NCBI RefSeq assembly: GCF_009914755.1
Contig: NC_060929.1
Source: the human T2T-CHM13v2.0 reference genome, Homo sapiens
Strand: one strand, 5' to 3'
DNA: 64,000 nt
Under the pieces are notes generated by a model, which saw only the letters and a program-made list of their open reading frames with translations, searched no databases and was not told where the DNA came from. The position numbers and the translations under genes were made by a program. Positions 30,884 through 46,222 of this stretch are shown here, one piece after another; position 1 is the first letter of the stretch; each line of letters begins with the position of its first letter.

Positions 30884-30984
30884 CTGGCAAAAAACAAGGG
30901 GTGGTGGGAGTGGGAGGGAGAGAAACACGGCATGTTATGCATGTTACAGTCTCCTCCTGGAGGGAGAATCACAATACACATGAA

Positions 30985-31166
30985 CATAAAGGCCCTGAGA
31001 AGTCCTGCAGTGAAGATGTCTTTTTATATTTGTATGACCCCATCTTTCCCAAATTTATTTGCTCATGGAAACTCCCCCTGCCCCCAATGTTTTTTCTGTG
31101 AAAATGTATTACCATTGTGCTAGATTACTAATGTTCAGGGGAACACAGTTTAAAAAAAACTGGTCT
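30985..31166. mobile_element. hAT-Charlie-like MER fragment
   Basis: GGCCCTGAGAAGTCCTGCAGT...TTTCCCAAATTTATTTG...GGAACACAGTTT. Confidence 0.5.
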
Positions 31167-31487
31167 ATGGGACACTATCTGTTCTGGCAACTGGATCATT
31201 TGGAGATAAATTGATAATATCAGCTTCATTAACTGAACCTAGTAGCCTAGATGGGCATTTATCCATTTAATGTATTGGCTATATACTCAAGTGTATATAG
31301 AGGGTCTCCTGCATGAGATTCCATACACGATGGGTAACGTGTGAAACACTAGTGCACTTACAAGTATCATCACCACTAACACAAAATAAGCATCTGAGAA
31401 AGATGCCAAAATAAAGAGAATCATAAGTAAAGAAAAACAACATCGCCACTTGCATATTCATAGGCTTATGATGTATATATTTTTTAA

Positions 31488-31818
<331 letters not shown>

Positions 31819-31982
31819 TGATAAAATTTTCTGAAGCCTACATTCAAGTATGTGACAATCCTAGGTGAATCACTGAAACTCTCAAGCTGTATAATTTTAT
31901 ATGAAAACAAATGGTAAATTTGTACAGTTAATTCTTAGATGACTATCACGTTGAGATAGTAATCATCTCACCATGAATGTTA

Positions 31983-32063
31983 CTAGGTTGGTGCAAAAGT
32001 AATTGTGTTTTTTGCCATTTGAAAGTAATGGCAAAAACCACAATTACTTTTGCATCAGCCTAA
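31983..32063. mobile_element. MADE1 (Hsmar1 mariner MITE), complete
   Basis: TAGGTTGGTGCAAAAGTAATTG...CAATTACTTTTGCATCAGCCTAA with ~37-bp inverted arms and TA on both sides. Confidence 0.97.
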
Positions 32064-32511
32064 TAACTCCTTTTTGTCCCTTTCTCCTTTATCCATCCCC
32101 AGTCATTAACTCTGGCACGTAGCAGCAGAAGAGGGCATTGGAAAGAGTCCAGTGGAGCAGAGAAAGGTGGGGAGTGGACGATCAAGGGCAGCCAGGTCTT
32201 GATTTGGAAAAGATGCCCGTGGAAGGGACACTCACTGAAAAGGTGACCTGTGTGCTAAATAATGAAACATAGATTTTACCCACCACGAACACCTGTAGAA
32301 GCACTGAAGGCTTTTCAGCCAGGAGAGATGCGAATAGACAGGCATTAGAATCATTCTGATATCCACTGAAACATAGGTTAGTGAGTGGGGGTTATGGGAA
32401 TTTGGGAGAGAGTAAGTCTTAGTATGCTTTTTGGGGTACCTATCTTACCTATCTTACATATTTAATAAGAACATGGCTTCTCGAGGGCAGGTACATGTGT
32501 TTATTTATGGC

Positions 32512-33217
<706 letters not shown>

Positions 33218-33479
33218 CTGTGCAGTCTGTTTTGCTACAATGTGAGCTTTTAGGGCAAAATTTTGCTCACGTGCAATTTGTAAATAAGGGAATAATGTCA
33301 GTACTGAACTCAGTTTTGTGCCCTTCCAAATGTTCTCAGCACCTGCACCCCCCTCTTCCTGGCCAGAGAGGCTTCCAGACAGCTCATGCAGCTACCTGGT
33401 CTTCCAGTAGAGCCGCTTGTCTCATCCTCTCATCCTCCCCTGGGTGTGAGGCCATGGTCAGGTTCTAGAGGCTATGACA

Positions 33480-33883
33480 GCAATGGCATTCTGTGCAGCT
33501 GGACCCTCAGGGGCTCCAGTTTCCCTGGCGGCTATCTGGGGTGGGATGCCACCTGGACGTTAGCAGAATTACTTGCACTGTGAGGTAAACCTTAGCAATG
33601 TGGGACAGGAGGCAAGAAGAAACTGGCAGGTCAATTGCCGGCCTCCCTTCCGCCATATTTCCTGAGATGTAGTAATTCCCTGTGACCTTTCTGGAGATGG
33701 CCCACACGACCCAGGGAGCTGGGGCTGTTTTCATAAAACTGTGGCCATCTTGGTAACAGAACTTTAAATTCCTTCCCTCTTCCCTGATTCATTCCTCTTC
33801 CCCCGTCACTCCTCCAAACACCCACCCCTAATAACCTGAAAGTTTTGCCTCAGGGCTGTTTTCCAGAGAAGCAGGTGAAGACG
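33480..33883 (+). mobile_element. Degraded ERVL LTR (LTR33/LTR16-like)
   Basis: End GCCTCAGGGCTGTTTTCCAGAGAAGCAGGTGAAGAC resembles ERVL LTR 3' ends. Confidence 0.35.
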
Positions 33884-34249
33884 ATGTCAGTGTAAGAACG
33901 TGGAAGTCATTTCGGTTCATACATGATTTTTCTTACACAAGGGAAGCCAGAATAGATCATGGGAGTGGAATTATAACCTTCATCAGGAAGGGGGTAAGCC
34001 TCCAACTCAGTGGCTGCCCAAGCAGCAAAGGCCTTTTGGCTGAATTTTGAGAAAATTAAAACGAGGGCCTGTTTCTGGAGCCCCGCCTTGAGAGACACAA
34101 CTCTCGGCTAGGTTAGATGGGGCTGCCTCTGGGCCCAGATTTGCCACAGCCCTACCGGCTACGAGCCACCCCCACACTTGCGTTCCTCAGCACTCCCAGC
34201 TCTGCTCTAACTGAAGTGTGGCTAACATGTTTACTGTGTTGTTTCTGTG

Positions 34250-34537
34250 CTTTTTTTGGAGATGGAGTCTTGCTTTGTCGCCCAGGCTGGAGTGCAGCGG
34301 CACAATCTTGGCTCACTGACCTCAGCCTCCCAGGTTCAAGCAATTCTCAGCCTCAGCCTCCCAAGTAGCTGGGATTATAGGCACCTGCCACCATGCCCGG
34401 CTAATTTTTGTATTTTTAGTGGAGACAGGGTTTCACCATGTTGACTAGGCTGTTCTCGAACTCCTGGCCTCAAGGGATCAGCCTGCCTCAGCCTCCCAAA
34501 GTTCTGGGATTACAGGCATGAGCCACCGCACCCAGCC
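34250..34537 (-). mobile_element. AluS
   Basis: Full length; TSD TGTTTCTGTGC. Confidence 0.95.
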
Positions 34538-35197
34538 AATGTTTCTGTGCATTTTTAACCGCCCAGTGGCAGCCTCCAGCCAGGCTGAGCTGCCTGCATG
34601 GTGGTTTCCAGTTGTCTCCCCAGGAACCAATTACCGTTTTTGTGAGTACTCTGGTTACAAAGCTGCATAGGTTTGAAGTGGTCTGCCTAATCCTATTTTT
34701 CTCGGAAAGGCAGTAATAAGTGTGTGATTTTTGAGAATGTTGAGGTATATTCAGGTATGCCTATGTTGCAATCTAGCAGAAATGTTGGTTTCTCGAGCAG
34801 ATAAAAAAAGACTTGTGGAATGAATAAAATGCTTTAAAAATTATTCCTAGGGATATGGAAAGTGACATTCACATGATAGTATGAATATTTTTAAAACTTT
34901 TTGTTTAGAGAGGATTTTAAGCCCTTTCATTGTAGCTATTTTTAAAAAACAAACATTTCCCCATTGCAGCGGCGTACCACTGGAGGAGATAAGAATACTA
35001 TGATGAACATCTTTCTGTAGCCCCTCTGAATCCACTCTTCTCCCTTTTTCAGTGTGTTCTGTACCCTGGAAGGCTGGAACTGGAAGGCTGACTACATCAG
35101 GGACGACTCTCTTGCTGTAGGGCTTCTGTTCGGTCCAGCCAATGCCAGACAAAGCAGGGAATACGAAGGTGGGAGAAGAGCGAGGTGGGCCCACTGC

Positions 35198-35521
<324 letters not shown>

Positions 35522-35576
35522 TGCCCACTCCTTTGTTAAAACTCCTGGTCTGTCTGTGTCACCTATTTCCTGCTGG

Positions 35577-36211
35577 TGAGGCAGGAGAATAGGGTCTGCA
35601 GGCAGGAAACCTAAGGCCGATTCACGCTGATTTCCTAGAACTAAATCAAAAGGAAGACCCCAACTTTCCACACCTAAGTAACAAAAAAACACCTTGCTAC
35701 TCACCGCCAACTGCTGCCCGCCCATTTTTTGGGTGGCAGACGGAAAATTGAAAGTATCTCTGATTGGCTGGTTTCTGCAACCAATCAGACTGACTGCCGG
35801 CCAAGTCTTCTTTGCCTAGAAGTGTAACTTTGTAACTTCACTTTAGCCTCTGATTGGTTGCTTTCCACAACCAATCAGATGCTTGCATAGGGTGTAATCT
35901 TTGTAACCTCACTTCAGCCTCTGATTAGTTGCTTTCTGCAACCAGTCAGATGATTGGGGCCATTACTTCATCTATACAGGGTGTACACCAAGTAACGAAT
36001 GGGAAACTTTTAGAGGGTATTTAAACACCAGAAAATTCTGTAAAGGGTCCCTTGAATCCCTATGCTCGGGCCGCCCCCACACTGAAGAGTGTACTATTAT
36101 TTTCAATAAATCTCTGCTTTTGTTGCTTCATGCTTTCCTTGCTTTGTTTGTGCGTTTTGTCCAATTCTTTGTTCAAGTTGCTGAGAACCTGGACACCCTC
36201 CACTGGTAACG
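35577..36211 (+). mobile_element. MER51A-like (ERV1) solo LTR
   Basis: TGAGGCAGGAGAATAGGGTCTG...CTGGACACCCTCCACTGGTAAC, 635 bp; repeated ATTGG/CCAAT units, TATTTAA, AATAAA; flanks CTGG/CTAG. Confidence 0.9.
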
Positions 36212-36764
36212 CTAGGACCCTGACTACTAAACACCTTTCTCTGAAGGTTTGTGTATTTCCTAACCTTCAGCAGATGAATGAGTGAGGCAACTTCAATAAC
36301 CCTTGTCACATTCATTCACTGTACAGGAAGCTTGTAGTTAGAAATTAATAACTGGGGAAATGGGAGATATTTCACTCTGTCTTCAAAGAACAGTAAAGAG
36401 TATCTCTTCCTTGGCAAATGTGTATCCATAAAATAACATTATAAAATGCATTTGAAAAAGTGCCACTTAAAACATAAGTCAATCTGTTTTTCGATGATTC
36501 AGAAGATATGATAGTAGCCCGCAGTGTCTCAGGAGTCATGGTGATGACTAATTGTACTAAAGATCTGTGGAAAGTCTGGTTCATGGGATATAGAGAGCAG
36601 AATTTTCTATATTTTGGGTGTGCGAATCCTGCATGTCTACTGTAAAAATCCCTTATGAGCACTGTTAAATTATAATAAAACCGGGACCCAGCAAAATGAC
36701 CCCATAAAAAGTTCTGTACTTTTAAAATAAAATCAGAAATATTATCAAATGTCTCCTACATTCC

Positions 36765-36960
36765 AGACACTATTATAGTTTGCTTACCATATTTCCTTTC
36801 ATCTTCAGGACAACCCAACAAAGTGGGTTTTATCATCTGTCTTTTGTAGATGAAGGAACGGGCTCAGAGAAGTCACAGGTTCAAGGTCACACACCCAGTA
36901 AGGGGCAAAGCCTGGATTAGAGGCCGGGCCTGTTTGGTTCCAAAGTTCATTCCCTTTCAT
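36765..36960 (-). mobile_element. MIR
   Basis: TTTTGTAGATGAAGGAACGGGCTCAGAGAAG...CAAGGTCACACA. Confidence 0.75.
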
Positions 36961-37711
36961 GAGACCAACTGCCATTTCGAGGATTGTCAAAAGGGAATTC
37001 TAGAACTCAGAACTTTTTGGCTTTTCTGAGCTTTCATGGTTTTGAGTGATCCTGAATAGGTGAATCCCAGCAGGCTGTGGAAGCGAGTGCTTCTCTTTCT
37101 GTTCTTTTCTTCTACAGAAGCCGAGTCTTATGATTTAGGCATTGCTATGTGTCATTACCCACTGTAATAGCATAACGCACTGAGATTAGCTTGCAAGACA
37201 ATCCTTCACTGTGATGGCTGGCAGGCGCCACACTGTGAGATCCTCGGACTGAACTTTTCACCCAAAGAAATGCAGGAAGCTGTCCTGTCGGGCAGTCACT
37301 TACAGTGCTGTGCCTTGGATCATGGAGTTTTAGAGCCGGAGGGGAATGCCTATAATGAAAGCAATAATTTTTACTTACTCGCAAAGACCTGTCTCAAAAT
37401 AGTAGACTACGCTTGGCAGGCAAAAAGGTAATCTTGGTTTTTCATGTCCCATAAACAAGGCAACAAACTCTTGTGTGAGGAGGTAAAATAAAGGCTTAGT
37501 TTTTCAGGGTTTTATGTTCCTCAGATGTACATCTGAGTATGTCTTAAATCCTGAAGGGTGGCCCAGACCTGGAGAATTAATCCCAGCTGGTCTGGGGGCT
37601 GTGGTGAGCAGTGATCAAGCAGGACAGCACACGAGAAGGAGGTGAGTTGCTGGATTTCCATGTGTGCTTTGCGTGGAGCTTGCAGCTGACCAGACAGCAA
37701 GACCAGAGAAG

Positions 37712-37925
37712 CAGTTGAGAGCATGGGCTCTGGAGAGAGACTGCCTGGGTTCCTATCCTGACGCCGCCACTCACCTCTCTGAGCCTCAGTTTCCTCCCCT
37801 GTAAAATGGCAATAACAAGCACATGCACCTCAAGGGGTTGTCCTGAGCCTTGCTCAGGTAACACATGTGAAGCATGGAGAATGGGGCTTTGCACAGGGTA
37901 AGCCATCTATGTGTTAGTGACAATT
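37712..37925 (+). mobile_element. MIR
   Basis: CTCTCTGAGCCTCAGTTTCCTCCCCTGTAAAATGG core. Confidence 0.85.
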
Positions 37926-37972
37926 CTTGTGATTTTCATTTTTTCAGAGGCTCAGAAATGTGAATCAACCTG

Positions 37973-38334
37973 TGGTATGGTTTGGCCATGTCCCCACCCA
38001 AGTCTCATCTTGAATTGTAACTCCCATAATTCCCATGTGTTGTGGGAGGGACCCCATGTGAGATAATTGAATAATGATGGTGGTTTCCCCCATACTGTTC
38101 TCCTGGTAGTGAATAAGTCTTATGAGATCTGATGCTTTTGTAAGGGAAAACTCTTTTCTCTTGGCTCTTATTCTCTCTTGTCTGCCACCATGTAAGATGT
38201 GCCTTTTGCCTTCTGCTATGACTGTGAGGCCTCCCCAGCCATGTGGAACTGTGATGTCATTAAGCCACTTTTTCTTTATAAATTACCCAGTCTTGGGTAT
38301 GTCTTTATCAGCAGCAGGAGAATGGATTAATACA
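37973..38334 (+). mobile_element. THE1B-like solo LTR
   Basis: TGGTATGGTTTGGCCATGTCCCCACCC...GGATTAATACA; perfect TSD ACCTG. Confidence 0.95.
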
Positions 38335-40588
38335 ACCTGTCTAAGGTCCTACAGCTTGTAAGTGCGTGCATTGGGACTTGTGCTGCCCAGAATAGGTGGA
38401 GGGTGTAAATGTCCCCCATCCTGAGACTGTCTAGGGGACCCTGAAGTTAGACCAGGGGAAACCAGAGACAAGTTCGTGGTGCCAAAGGCAAGAGTCAATA
38501 TTGAAAACCAGTTCCATGTGAGATTCCCCGTGAAGAGAATTCTGCAGACCTGTGGTTTTGTGTATGCCAATTTTGAAATATTCTTCCTTTCTGCTTCCAT
38601 GATTCTTCTGCTGAGAGAATTTTCTCTGCTGAGAAAGGTTGTGGGTGATGGCATTAAGCCATCAAGAATAAAGGTATTCACAGTCTTTCCAGTGTCTGTT
38701 CAGTGTGGAACCTCCAGCTCCTAGAACAGTGTATTAGTATTCACTGATGTTTATTAAATGAATACTTATTAAATGAGTGAAAGAATGGATGAAGGGAGGG
38801 AGAGATGACTTTTTGAATCAAAGTTTTGTGTACCAGGGGAGAGCAGACAGGAGCTTAATGATCACCACTCAGTGTTCCCTAGGCTGGGTCCAAATATGGC
38901 CCCAGGGGAGCTGGCTGAGAGACGACAAAAGCAGGGTGTGTGAATGGCATGTTCTCCTCAAAGACTGCATACTCCCCTTCTTCTCCACTCCTGGGGTGGG
39001 TGCTCAGTGTGTGGACAGTGGACCCACCCACATGGGACCCACAGAAGGGCTTTCAGGACATGCAAAGAGAATCCCTGGTAGATCCATTTTTCACTTCCAT
39101 GGGTCAGAGTGGCTCCTGGGACATAACTAAAAAACGCATTGTGGCCTCCATCCGGAGATGGGGGTGGCAGAGAGAGTTTGGCCCAGATATATCGGTTGGA
39201 AGGCTGTTTCAGGAATTCAGGTGAGAACTGAAGAGGGCTTGCATTCAAACACAGGTGGTGAGAATGGCCTGGAGGGGATGTGTTCTGGAAATCTTTGTAG
39301 GGTGGATTGTCAGCACTGATTGGATTCATCACATCCTGCCCTGAAGCCTTAGATGTCCCCAAATAAAGTGAGTTTATAGTTTCCAGCTGAGAATTTTGGC
39401 CAGCTACCAGCTATTGCTAGGAACTGGCTTTTTTAGAATGGCCACTATAGTCATTGTTTTTGAATTTCTGAGTACCATTTGTTTGGTTCTACAGTGTGTT
39501 TCTTTCCATACTTAATAGAGATCTATTGAAATGGCATTTAACTCAGGATTTTTGCACCTATGAAGTCACTGTACCTTTCCCTATTAACTTAATATTGGAT
39601 CTCTTCCCCTCCCCCAAACTTCTCTCTCTCTGTCCCTCTCTCTCTCCACATCCCACCCCATCTCCTTTAGTTATGAATGGCTCCATACATTTCAGGAGCA
39701 CCTTGCCCTATAACTTTGATTCCGATGCAAGGAATGGAAAACCTTTGTAGCTCAGAAGCATCTTAAAATTCATTCATGATTCCCTTGATCTTCATTCATA
39801 GGGTAGAAGGAGACTTTGGCTCTGGTAAAGACAGGTATGTCTGGTGTCAGGGACCCCTATCATTCTAAAAGCAGGTTATCCCTCATCCTATGCTCCTCCT
39901 TTGAAGTCTCTAGTTCTTGTCTAGAACCAGGAAGCTTCCCCAGAGATTTGCTGCAATTGCTGACAGCTTCCGGACCTGTCCTTGTTCTGGTAGTAACACC
40001 TGATTGCCAGCCACCATTTACCCACACCAGGAAGGTTGCTTAAAACAAGGCAGAGAGCAGGCCATGATCAGTCCACTCCGAGATTTTGCTTCACGCTTTC
40101 CCCTAGGGACTTGCCTTCTTGCTATTACCAGTTTTCTGTGCTCAGTTCAGGCCTCAGGCTGTCTGATCTGGGCCTTTCTGCTTTACCTGGGCTTTGGTGC
40201 TGTCTTCCAAAGCCCAGCTGGTCTCAGCTCTGCCCGATTTCCAACCTGCACCTCCCTGCCCAGTCCGGACCTATGAGTGCCATATTCTAATTTATCCACC
40301 GGGACTTAGAAACTTCTCTGTGCCCTCTGGTTAGGTTTGGGAAACTGGGCTCTGACTTTGCCACTGCCTTTTCCATGGTCCTTTCCAGTGGTGCTTCATG
40401 CCCCTGCATGACAATGGAAGCCATTTGGCCTGACTGTCACCAAATAAACCTGTTTGGCTAAAAGAGAAGATACGCTCTCATTCCCTGAATCATTATGTAG
40501 GACATCTCCTCTGAGCACCATTCAGTCATTTCACATTTGGACCTGAGATTTCTAAGTTCAACCTCTTTTATCATTCATCAAATTTTGA

Positions 40589-40966
<378 letters not shown>

Positions 40967-41055
40967 TGATGAGCCTAACTACTTTGATTACACCTTTTAG
41001 ATTTGAGCTGTGCTCACTAGTTTGTGTTTAAGGAGTATACCTGTTACTTGGGTTT

Positions 41056-41960
41056 GATGGGGCTTAGGATATGCTACCCCAAAATATGGCACCTTGGCAT
41101 TAGAGAAAACAGTAGAAGCAAGAAGGCCACTCTGACCTTCCCCTACCTTTCTCCTCCAAAGTGGATGAAAAGACTCTGGTTTGGGAGGGGCCCTCATTAT
41201 TTTGGGAGGAAAGGAACATTCTTATATCTGAAAACACAGTGACACAGAGAAGAATCTGAACAAACAGGCCTTGCTAAGTTCCCCCCAGTTTATTACTACT
41301 GGATTATACCACTTTGTCCAATTACACTTCTCCACGACTACCCAATTCTTCATCAAACCTAGGGTAAAAAGGTACACATAATTACCTGCATTGAAAGACA
41401 AAATTATAACAAATTTAGTTTAAAAACCTTAACTGGCTTTTATTTGCAATCCCAGAATCAGGCAACATCTCATTCTATAAGATAGAGATGAGCGGGGGAG
41501 ATTGGCTTTACAGACAAAAAAGGGCTGAGGAAAGCAAAAATAGAACAAAAAGTAAATTGGTCATTTTAAAGTAACTTTTCTTGTAAAGTTAAAGGGAAGA
41601 GGGCTTCCTTATTATGCCAGCTAAAACTGGCCTGTTTGGGGATTTGGCTCTTTTCTCTCTGTCTTCGGATTTCCTGAAAGGTCAGATAAACAACTTAACT
41701 AGGTGGCATGAAACTTTAGCATGAGTAACCCCATTGTGGTTTGGTTTGTTGGGCCTAGTGCGGGAGCTCAGTCTAAACCAATGGCCTCCTATCAATTTCT
41801 CAGAGAAGCACTCGTGTCTTGGGTCTGCATTTCTGAAGGCTCTCCTGCCATGTAAAAGTTATATTAAATAAATCTGTATGCTTTTCTCTTGATAATCTGC
41901 CTTTAGTTATGGGGGGCTCAGCCATGAACCTAGTGATGGGAAAGAAAGATGCTCCCTGTA
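41056..41960 (+). mobile_element. MER34-family LTR interrupted by another LTR
   Basis: ATGCTACCCCAAAATATGGCACCTTGGCAT...AGAAGAATCTGAACAAACAGGCCTTGCT; resumes GTCTTGGGTCTGCATTTCTGAAGGCTC...AAATAAAT. Confidence 0.75.
41391..41802 (-). mobile_element. MER31/MER67-type ERV1 LTR nested in the MER34-like LTR
   Basis: GGGCCTAGTGCGGGAGCTCAGTCTAAACCAATGGCCTCCTAT matches the antisense 5' end of this LTR group (recall). Confidence 0.65.
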
Positions 41961-42026
41961 GGTACCTGCCATTTTCCTTTGTAGGGCAGGAATTACTTTT
42001 CTGCTTGAATTACTTTATAGTGTAAC

Positions 42027-43000
<974 letters not shown>

Positions 43001-43026
43001 TAATCAATGCACTCAAGTATGGTCTA

Positions 43027-43393
<367 letters not shown>

Positions 43394-44467
43394 GTTGTTT
43401 CTTTGTGAAACAGAGGTACTATTAGAAAACACTTTAATGTGCTTTCTGTTTGTACTTTGGGTATGTAACTTTATCCCTGGTCAGCCCAAGGTAAGGTACA
43501 GTTCTGGGGTAAGTTAATGGGGATTTGTTGACATTACAACAGAAATACCAAGGGAAACAAAGGTTAATAGCCCCTGACGTTCAAAATAGGTTTTTGCTGC
43601 CAAACAATAGATTTGAAACCAGGTTTGCCTAGAGAAGATTCCCCAAATTAGCACATAGGACAGAACAACAGAAAAGGTAAGGAAGAAGACACATTGTCTT
43701 GATCACATATTTCCAGAACAGAATCCAGAGAAAGGAAGGGTGCTACTGGAGCTGAGGGGAATGCTGAGAGCTTGGGGCTTTTGGTCCATTTTAATGTTTG
43801 TAGCCCTGGGAGGAGATCACCTCAAGAGTTGCTCCCTTGTGAACCTGGGGGAAAGCCACTTTGAAGTAGACTAGGGAACAGAGAGTGGGCCAGGATCTAA
43901 TTTGCCTGAGTTGTTCTTGCTTCCAGAGGGTCATGGAAGTGACCTAGAATTTCTCTCCCTCTCATGGGATTGGAGGTGGGGAGGGAGACCCAGAAGGTGA
44001 CTGTTTCCGGACAGCAGGTCTTGGCCCGGGGCGCACTATGGAGAGGAGCCAGAGGCCAAGGGGAACACTCAGGCTAAGAGCTAACAGAGGATGGGCGGGG
44101 TCTCCTGTGCCTCCCAGAGACAGGGAGGCCAGCTGTGTGAGAAAGGAGCACCTGGCCAGGTGACAGTAATCATTTATTTTTACCCGATAAAGGAGGATTG
44201 TAGCATAGTACCTGTGTGATCGCGTTTTCCTCAACAGTAGAACCCAGAAGGACAGGCTTCGAGAACTCGGTGGTGGTTGCAGTGGTTCTTAGGATTATAG
44301 ATAATCTTGACTTTCTTCCTTCTGCTTTTCTATTTTTCTGATATATATTGTAATGACAAAGTGTTAATTTTGTAAAAAGAAAAAGTAAAGCTATCTTAAA
44401 AAAAAAAGAGAATCAGACTAGACACATTACTCTGTAACTTTTTAATATTCCAAAGCCATCCCTATAA

Positions 44468-44788
<321 letters not shown>

Positions 44789-45394
44789 TTTTCTTTTTCT
44801 AAAAAGCATACATATACTTTTACACAAGTACAATCATATTTTTTGGTTCAGTCTCCTTTTTCCTTTGCCTTTGTCCTGTATTGTCCCCACCCTCCAGTTC
44901 CCCAGGAAAAGTATTAGCCACCTGGTGTACTCTTTAGTACTTTTTTTCTATCTAACCATCTGCCTTATGACCATATATGACTATGCATACAGACTTGCAT
45001 ACATCATATACTTGTATAAAAACATTGAGATTCACACATATGTAAACACATTTATAAGTGGGTATTTTGTTACATTACAAAGATGGGATCATACTATGAA
45101 CTTATCTCTGCATCTTATCTTTTGTACTCACTATCACCTCCTAGAAATTCTCCAAGTCAACTGGCATAAGTCCTATTCATTTTTTTTTGAATGGCTCTGT
45201 AATACTCTATGATGTTGTCATTCATCCATCTGTAAGAGTTACTAGCACTTCTTTTATTATTGATTCTTGAAGATGGTGGCTGTTTGGCCACTATGATTTG
45301 AAAGCTTATGATATGTTCTATATTTTAAATAACATTGTTTTATTAATTTGATGATGTTAATACACCTAGATATTTTTTTTTCAAACAAACAAAT

Positions 45395-45703
45395 AATTTA
45401 AATTTACCAGATGTGGGGGAATGGAATACAAACAGTAACAAATGAACTCAACTCTTTTACAAATTATAATTAGAACCACACAGAATTGGGGCACGAAAGA
45501 GCTAAACAAATTAATTTTAAAAAAGCAAGAGTTTTTGACTGTATCTTTAAGTCTAAAGACAAAAAGAACTATGCACAAATACTTTACTATAGTTTACAAA
45601 TGTGTTTTCACAAGGGTATGAGTTTGCAAATGTGAAATTACTTTATGTGTATGCTAGGATTGAACAAAATGTAAATATACTGTGGATGACAGCCAGGCTT
45701 TCT
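45395..45703 (+). mobile_element. L1MC-like 3' UTR fragment
   Basis: AAAGACAAAAAGAACT...CTAGGATTGAACAAAATGTAAATAT...AGCCAGGCTTTCT. Confidence 0.6.
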
Positions 45704-45793
45704 TTTTTTTACTTTTTGAAAGTTTTTAGTTTATTAGTCTTCTCGATACACCTAGATTTTTATCCGCTTATTTCTAGAGACATTCAAATATGC

Positions 45794-45840
45794 TTTTCTT
45801 CCTTCCTTTCTTTCTTCCTTTTTCTTTCTTTCTTTCTTCC

Positions 45841-45929
<89 letters not shown>

Positions 45930-45932
45930 TTT
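45794..45932. repeat. (TTTC)n polypyrimidine STR, Alu tail
   Basis: About 20 consecutive TTTC units. Confidence 0.97.
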
Positions 45933-46222
45933 TTGAGACAAGTTCTTGCTCTCTATCCCAAGCTGGGGTGCAGTGGCGCAATCAGAGCTCACTGCAGCCT
46001 TGACCTCCTGGGCTCAAGTTGATCCTCCCACTCCAGCCTCCTGAGTAGCTAGGGCTACAGGTATGAGACACACACCTGGCTAATTTTTAAAAAAACATTT
46101 GTAGAGACAGGATCTCGCTTTGTTGCCCAGGCTAATCTTGAACTCCTGGTCTCCAGCAATCCTCCCACTTTGGCCTCCCAAAGCTCTGCAGGGATCACAG
46201 TTGAGAGCCACTGCATCCAGCC
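45933..46222 (-). mobile_element. AluJ
   Basis: CACTGCAGCCTTGACCTCCTGGGCTCAAG and GATCCTCCCAC J-type positions. Confidence 0.92.

Noticed and set aside
44000-44300. Slightly GC/CpG-richer patch with a GGGCGGGG box as a promoter
   Set aside because: Too few CpGs for an island and only a single motif.
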